Below are positions 59,765 to 64,000 of a stretch of DNA of 64,000 nt, piece by piece. Each line of letters opens with the position of its first letter. Position 1 is the stretch's first letter. The notes below the pieces were generated by a model. That model did no database searches. It was given only the letters and a program-made list of their open reading frames with translations, and was not told the origin of the DNA. The stretch spans positions 64,001 through 128,000 of the forward strand of contig CAVRDX010000001.1 of assembly GCA_963719945.1 (NCBI GenBank). The letters run 5' to 3'. The stretch is from an uncultured Thermoplasmata archaeon. GTDB taxonomy: Archaea > Thermoplasmatota > Thermoplasmata > UBA10834. Both the position numbers and the translations under genes were made by a program.

Positions 59765-60448
59765 ATGATGCCACGATTCGTGTCGCTTCTTGCTATATGG
59801 CTGACGTCGACACTCCTCCTCATCGCCACTCCGTCGCTTGGGAATCCCGGTGTCCCTTCGATCAATCCCCCAGATGATGGATTCCTGCTCCTAGTCAATC
59901 CGAGCGCGACCGCAATCCTTGCACTCATCAATTTCTCAACGGACTTGCTCTGGTTCTCTTCCCTGCTGTTGCTTGCTGGTTATTTCTTCGGTCAAGGTAT
60001 CGGACGGGTGAACAGGGATACTAGGTCATTCGGAGCACTAGTATTGCTTGGCGCATTCATCATCTGCATTGCTGGCGCAATAATCGATGTCTACTTGCTG
60101 ATGGACACGGTCGAAGATCCCTATACCTCGTCAATCAGATACTATGTCCTAACTGAGAATTTGATGTCGTGGGCCATCTCATCGATCCTGATATTTGCCA
60201 GCGTCTATGTGGTGTCAGTATTGATGCTCAAGATCGACTTTCTTTGTGCGCTTGTTCCCTCAGTCGGAATCGGTGTTTTGAATCTGTGTTGGTGGTTCTT
60301 GTGCATGCAGTATCATTTGTCAATCGTGCAGATAACGGTTATAGTTTCGATGATTCTCTGCCCAATCGTGTTGATCCTGCTCTCTCTATGGCACCGAAAG
60401 ACATTCCCTACGAATGATATTGAACGACCCGTCAACATGTCAGAATGA
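59765..60448 (+). CDS. Hypothetical multi-pass membrane protein
   Basis: About six hydrophobic segments. Confidence 0.7.
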   Translation: MMPRFVSLLAIWLTSTLLLIATPSLGNPGVPSINPPDDGFLLLVNPSATAILALINFSTDLLWFSSLLLLAGYFFGQGIGRVNRDTRSFGALVLLGAFIICIAGAIIDVYLLMDTVEDPYTSSIRYYVLTENLMSWAISSILIFASVYVVSVLMLKIDFLCALVPSVGIGVLNLCWWFLCMQYHLSIVQITVIVSMILCPIVLILLSLWHRKTFPTNDIERPVNMSE

Positions 60449-60464
60449 TGGATGCTATGAGTGA

Positions 60465-61676
60465 TTATGGGCTAAATTCAGGGCCCTTCAGCCTATCCTT
60501 CATGTCAATGACGGAAGTCCCCTCTTTGATCATCTTGGATATCTTCGGCACCCCTTGCTTCGTGCCCAGGATGATAGCGCCAATGATCTTTCCGTCCTGG
60601 ATGACATACTTCTTGTAGATGCTCCCGTCCTCGGTCTGAGCCCTGATCTCTTCAAATCCAGACTCGGGTGTTTCATGCTCGCTCCTCACCTTTCCTATCG
60701 AGGTGAGGTCTAGTCCCATGACCTTGAGCGTGTTGGACGGGACAGTTCCTGTATAATCCGGTGCATTCTGGCCACTTATCTTTCTAGCGGCTATTCGGGC
60801 CTCCTCAAGAGCAGGCGGTATTATCCCCCATACCTTGCCATCGAACTCAGCGACATCCCCGATCGCGTAGATATCTGGATCCGAGGTCCTCAGCGAAGAA
60901 TCCACGACGATCCCTCTGTTGATATCAAGGCCTGCATCTTTCGCGAGTTCGAGGTTCGGTCTCGCTCCTGCGGATACAACGACCATATCACAATCGATGA
61001 TCCTTCCATCCTTGAGTCTCACACCAGTCACCGTCTCTTCACCGAGTATCTCTTCCGTCTCGGCTTTCGTCAGCACGGTCGTACCGAGTTTCTCGATCCA
61101 TCTCTGGAGTATCTGCGCACCTTCGTGGTCCAACTGTCTCATCAACAGATGCTCCGCATACTCAAGTACCGTTATCTTCAATCCAGGAAATCCTGTTGCC
61201 AGAGCCCTTGCTCCCTCCAGACCGAGCAGGCCACCTCCGATCATCACTGCGTTCTTGGAAGTCGCTGCGGCTTCTCTTATCATTATCGCATCGTCCAATG
61301 TCCTCAGAGAGAACACTCTCTTCTTAGGGAGGCCTTTGAATGGTGGAACGAAAGCGCTGGAACCATTTGCAAGTACGAGTTTGTCATAATCGATCCATTC
61401 GTCGTTGACCAAGATCTTCTTGGCTCCTCGATCGATCTTGTCCACCTTCGAATCCAGGATGAGTGTGATGCGGTTCTTGTCATACCATTCGAGTGGATAG
61501 AATTGCATCGCATCTTCGTTCACCTCTCCCGCTACGAAGTCTATCAGTTTCGGGCGAGGATAGTACGACCTACTCTCCTCGGTGAATATTCTGATATCTG
61601 CTTCTTGATCTGCATCACGCAGGGTCTTTGCGAAGTTGGTCCCCGCGACATTGTTCCCTACAACCAGTATCCTCAT
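60465..61676 (-). CDS. FAD/NAD(P)H-dependent oxidoreductase (rubredoxin reductase / NirB N-terminal-like)
   Basis: YDKLVLANGS, LRTLDDA, IGGGLLGLE, IYAIGDVAE. Confidence 0.92.
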   Translation of the reverse strand: MRILVVGNNVAGTNFAKTLRDADQEADIRIFTEESRSYYPRPKLIDFVAGEVNEDAMQFYPLEWYDKNRITLILDSKVDKIDRGAKKILVNDEWIDYDKLVLANGSSAFVPPFKGLPKKRVFSLRTLDDAIMIREAAATSKNAVMIGGGLLGLEGARALATGFPGLKITVLEYAEHLLMRQLDHEGAQILQRWIEKLGTTVLTKAETEEILGEETVTGVRLKDGRIIDCDMVVVSAGARPNLELAKDAGLDINRGIVVDSSLRTSDPDIYAIGDVAEFDGKVWGIIPPALEEARIAARKISGQNAPDYTGTVPSNTLKVMGLDLTSIGKVRSEHETPESGFEEIRAQTEDGSIYKKYVIQDGKIIGAIILGTKQGVPKISKMIKEGTSVIDMKDRLKGPEFSP

Positions 61677-61837
61677 GCAACCACTACCTCTGGCATCTTG
61701 TCTGCATTTATGGTATTCTCATCCATTAATCTTGTGCCGGCTTGAAAACGGATGATTATTTGTGTTGTCAATCGCCCTGGAAATTCTCAATAAGATTATT
61801 ATTCATGCAATTCTATTCCTGCCCAGAGGAATTGGGC

Positions 61838-62482
61838 ATGAAGTGTGCGAAGTGCGGGTCCGACAATCCAGATTATGCGGTCTTCTGTGGAAAATGCGGA
61901 AATGATTTGCCCAAGGCATCACCGAGCGTGTCCCGTCCACAAGGGACTGATTCAGCGTCCGCGGCGGAACCTCGAGCAGTAGCTCAGTGGGCGAAGACCG
62001 AGACGAAGTTCTGCAGCAAATGCGGGAAGGAGATAAGCGCAAGTTCGTACACCTGCGAATTCTGTGGCCAGCGTCCATGGAGTGATATTGCGACCAAGTG
62101 GGAGCAAGTGTACGACTCACAGTATACATATTCAGACTCAGAATCGTCTTCATCCAGATCTGACTCCAATGGCCCTGTGATCGGTGGGATAATGGCGATA
62201 CTTGCGGGGCTTTTCGCAATAGGTCAGGGATTGCTCTATATTGCTGGCGCTACGATGATTGATGTTCCAGGAGTCGGGTCGCTCTGCTTCTGTGGCGGTG
62301 TCGATTTCGTGTTCGGAATTGCATCAACCATTGGCGGAGCCTTGGCCCTAAAGCGAAGTAATTTCGGGATTGCCATGCTTGGAGCAGTCCTGGGAATGCT
62401 GGGCGTGGGTTTCATAATCGGGTTCTTGTTCGGATTGATTGCGGTGATACTCTTGGCAACATCACACAATGATTTCGATTGA
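61838..62482 (+). CDS. Zinc-ribbon membrane protein
   Basis: CAKCG..N.....FCGKCG, CSKCG...CEFCG, C-terminal TM bundle. Confidence 0.8.
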   Translation: MKCAKCGSDNPDYAVFCGKCGNDLPKASPSVSRPQGTDSASAAEPRAVAQWAKTETKFCSKCGKEISASSYTCEFCGQRPWSDIATKWEQVYDSQYTYSDSESSSSRSDSNGPVIGGIMAILAGLFAIGQGLLYIAGATMIDVPGVGSLCFCGGVDFVFGIASTIGGALALKRSNFGIAMLGAVLGMLGVGFIIGFLFGLIAVILLATSHNDFD

Positions 62483-62513
62483 CGCAATGATCCATGAGGG
62501 TTTGTGTAGAGGC

Positions 62514-63188
62514 ATGATAATCTGTGGCAAATGCGGCAAGAATAACCCCGAGGATTCGAGGTTCTGCAACTCGTGTGGTTCCCGGTTTGAGCTACATGAA
62601 GTGCGTCCGGCTATCGAGATGATTCCGGGGGAACAGCCGTGCCCACGATGCGGTAGTGGTGTACCTCCGTACATGGATTTCTGTCCCAAATGCGCTACAT
62701 CATTGACACCGCTGAGACAGCTGCATGAACCAGAACGCAGATGCTCTAAATGCGGAAGAATCCTTGAGCTTGGATCGGATGGATCGACGGTATGCCCCGT
62801 ATGCATATGGGATCGTGCAGATTCGGAAAACGTTACCCAAGAACCAAAGAGCGGCGACAGGCCAATAATCGTTGGGGTCCTGCTTTCAGCGGTGTTCATC
62901 CTGTCGATGATTTCCAGCATCCCCCTGCTACTGGTTTCAGGGAATTTGGAGGATACATCTCCTATCGATGTCTCTGGTTTCGTGACTTGTTGTCTCGTGA
63001 TCATCTGGTTCGCATCGATATCCGCCCTGCTTGGCGCCATACTGTCCTTCAGACGGTCGAATTATACTCTCGTGGTCTTGGCAGCGGCCTTCGGCATGCT
63101 GAGCATCGGTCCGTTCTATCTCGCGTCGTTGTTGAGTCTGATAGCGATGATCATCGCGGCCCTCTCGAAGGATGATTACAGGTCCTGA
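62514..63188 (+). CDS. Zinc-ribbon membrane protein, paralog of the preceding gene
   Basis: Three CxxC pairs, C-terminal TM bundle ending S..D(F/Y). Confidence 0.8.
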   Translation: MIICGKCGKNNPEDSRFCNSCGSRFELHEVRPAIEMIPGEQPCPRCGSGVPPYMDFCPKCATSLTPLRQLHEPERRCSKCGRILELGSDGSTVCPVCIWDRADSENVTQEPKSGDRPIIVGVLLSAVFILSMISSIPLLLVSGNLEDTSPIDVSGFVTCCLVIIWFASISALLGAILSFRRSNYTLVVLAAAFGMLSIGPFYLASLLSLIAMIIAALSKDDYRS

Positions 63189-63324
63189 AGAACGCGGAGC
63201 CATTCACTCGCTGGCATGGCTCACGCTAACTCATAAAAAATGAGAAGCTTGGAAGGAAACAGCAGATATCTCATGTGCAATCCGTATAACGGCTGAGCCG
63301 AAATTGCTAAACCAACATGCGTAT

Positions 63325-64000
63325 AAGCGGCTACAACTTTTAGTGGCTGCGGGCTGAATACCTCGGCGAACCTTGGTACTTACACCCCAGCTCTATCAAA
63401 GCCATCATGTAATGGCGGTTGTAAGATGCCTCGTTTTCGGGGTGGCTTCAAGCTTAGATGCTTTCAGCTTTTATCCACTATCGCGTGGCTGCTCAGCATT
63501 GCCTTGCCAGACAACTGATAGACTAGAGGCGACGAACCCTCGTTCCTCTCGTACTAAAGGATCCTTCCCGTCAGGCATCAAAACACTTCCAGCAAAAAGC
63601 AACAAACCTGTCTCACGACGGTCTGAACCCAGTTCACGATCCCTTTTAATGGGCGAACAACCCCACCCTTGGCAGCTGCTGCACCACCAGGATAGGAAGA
63701 ACCGACGGCGAAGTAGCAAGCCTCCAGGTCGATATGAACTCTTGCTGGAGACGACTCAGTTATCCCCGGGGTAACTTCTCTGTAATCACTGACCCCCACT
63801 AGTGAGGTACAGTGGTTCGCTAGGCCCTGATTTCTCATCGTGGATCATTGTTGGGCTGATCCACGTCAAGCCGGCTTTTGCCCTTGCACTCTTCGATAGA
63901 TTTCTGACCTATCTGAGCCGACCTTAGGGCGCCCTTGTTATCTTTTCGAGGGCGTGGCGCCCCACCCAAACTGCCCACCTACCGGTGTCCATCCGAGGAT
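63325..64000 (-). rRNA. rrl: 23S rRNA, 3' portion (continues beyond window)
   Basis: Reverse complement contains sarcin-ricin loop AGTACGAGAGGAAC, CTGGGTTCAGACCGTCGTGAGACAG and GCATCTAAGC; 3' end approximate. Confidence 0.97.

Noticed and set aside
63361-63370. CCTCGGCGAA shared between repeat family I and the 23S rRNA antisense strand
   Set aside because: Only 10 nt and the flanks do not align; compatible with chance.
63373-63838. ORFs at the window end
   Set aside because: They fall inside the 23S rRNA gene.

Overview
Archaeal chromosomal window, most consistent with Thermoplasmatota (Methanomassiliicoccales-like gene content and order: rps12-rps7-fusA-tuf-rps10, rps13-rps4-rps11-rpoD, PolD large subunit, TgtA, AlaRS, Pcc1, Pth2, NikR-controlled ECF transporter, a 23S rRNA 3' end with no linked 5S). 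Most of the window is housekeeping. An AT-richer accessory tract (~20.9-28.3 kb) follows tRNA-Ala(UGC) and holds about ten short unrelated genes in both orientations. These are separated by two families of degenerate intergenic direct repeats, one of which keeps a base-paired hairpin in all copies. One repeat-flanked gene (22434-23225) has the motif pattern of a gasdermin-like pore-forming protein and has no adjacent protease; this repeat-bounded cassette tract is the best candidate for a novel system. Other notable items: a five-gene SPFH/zinc-ribbon membrane operon, a ModE-wHTH-Nudix fusion, an ATP-cone-DPBB protein, a REC-unknown-V4R response regulator, candidate structured leaders ahead of both ribosomal operons, and three single-base frameshifts (one in essential rps13) that are probably sequence errors. 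All product calls come from motif recognition by eye; no searches were run.
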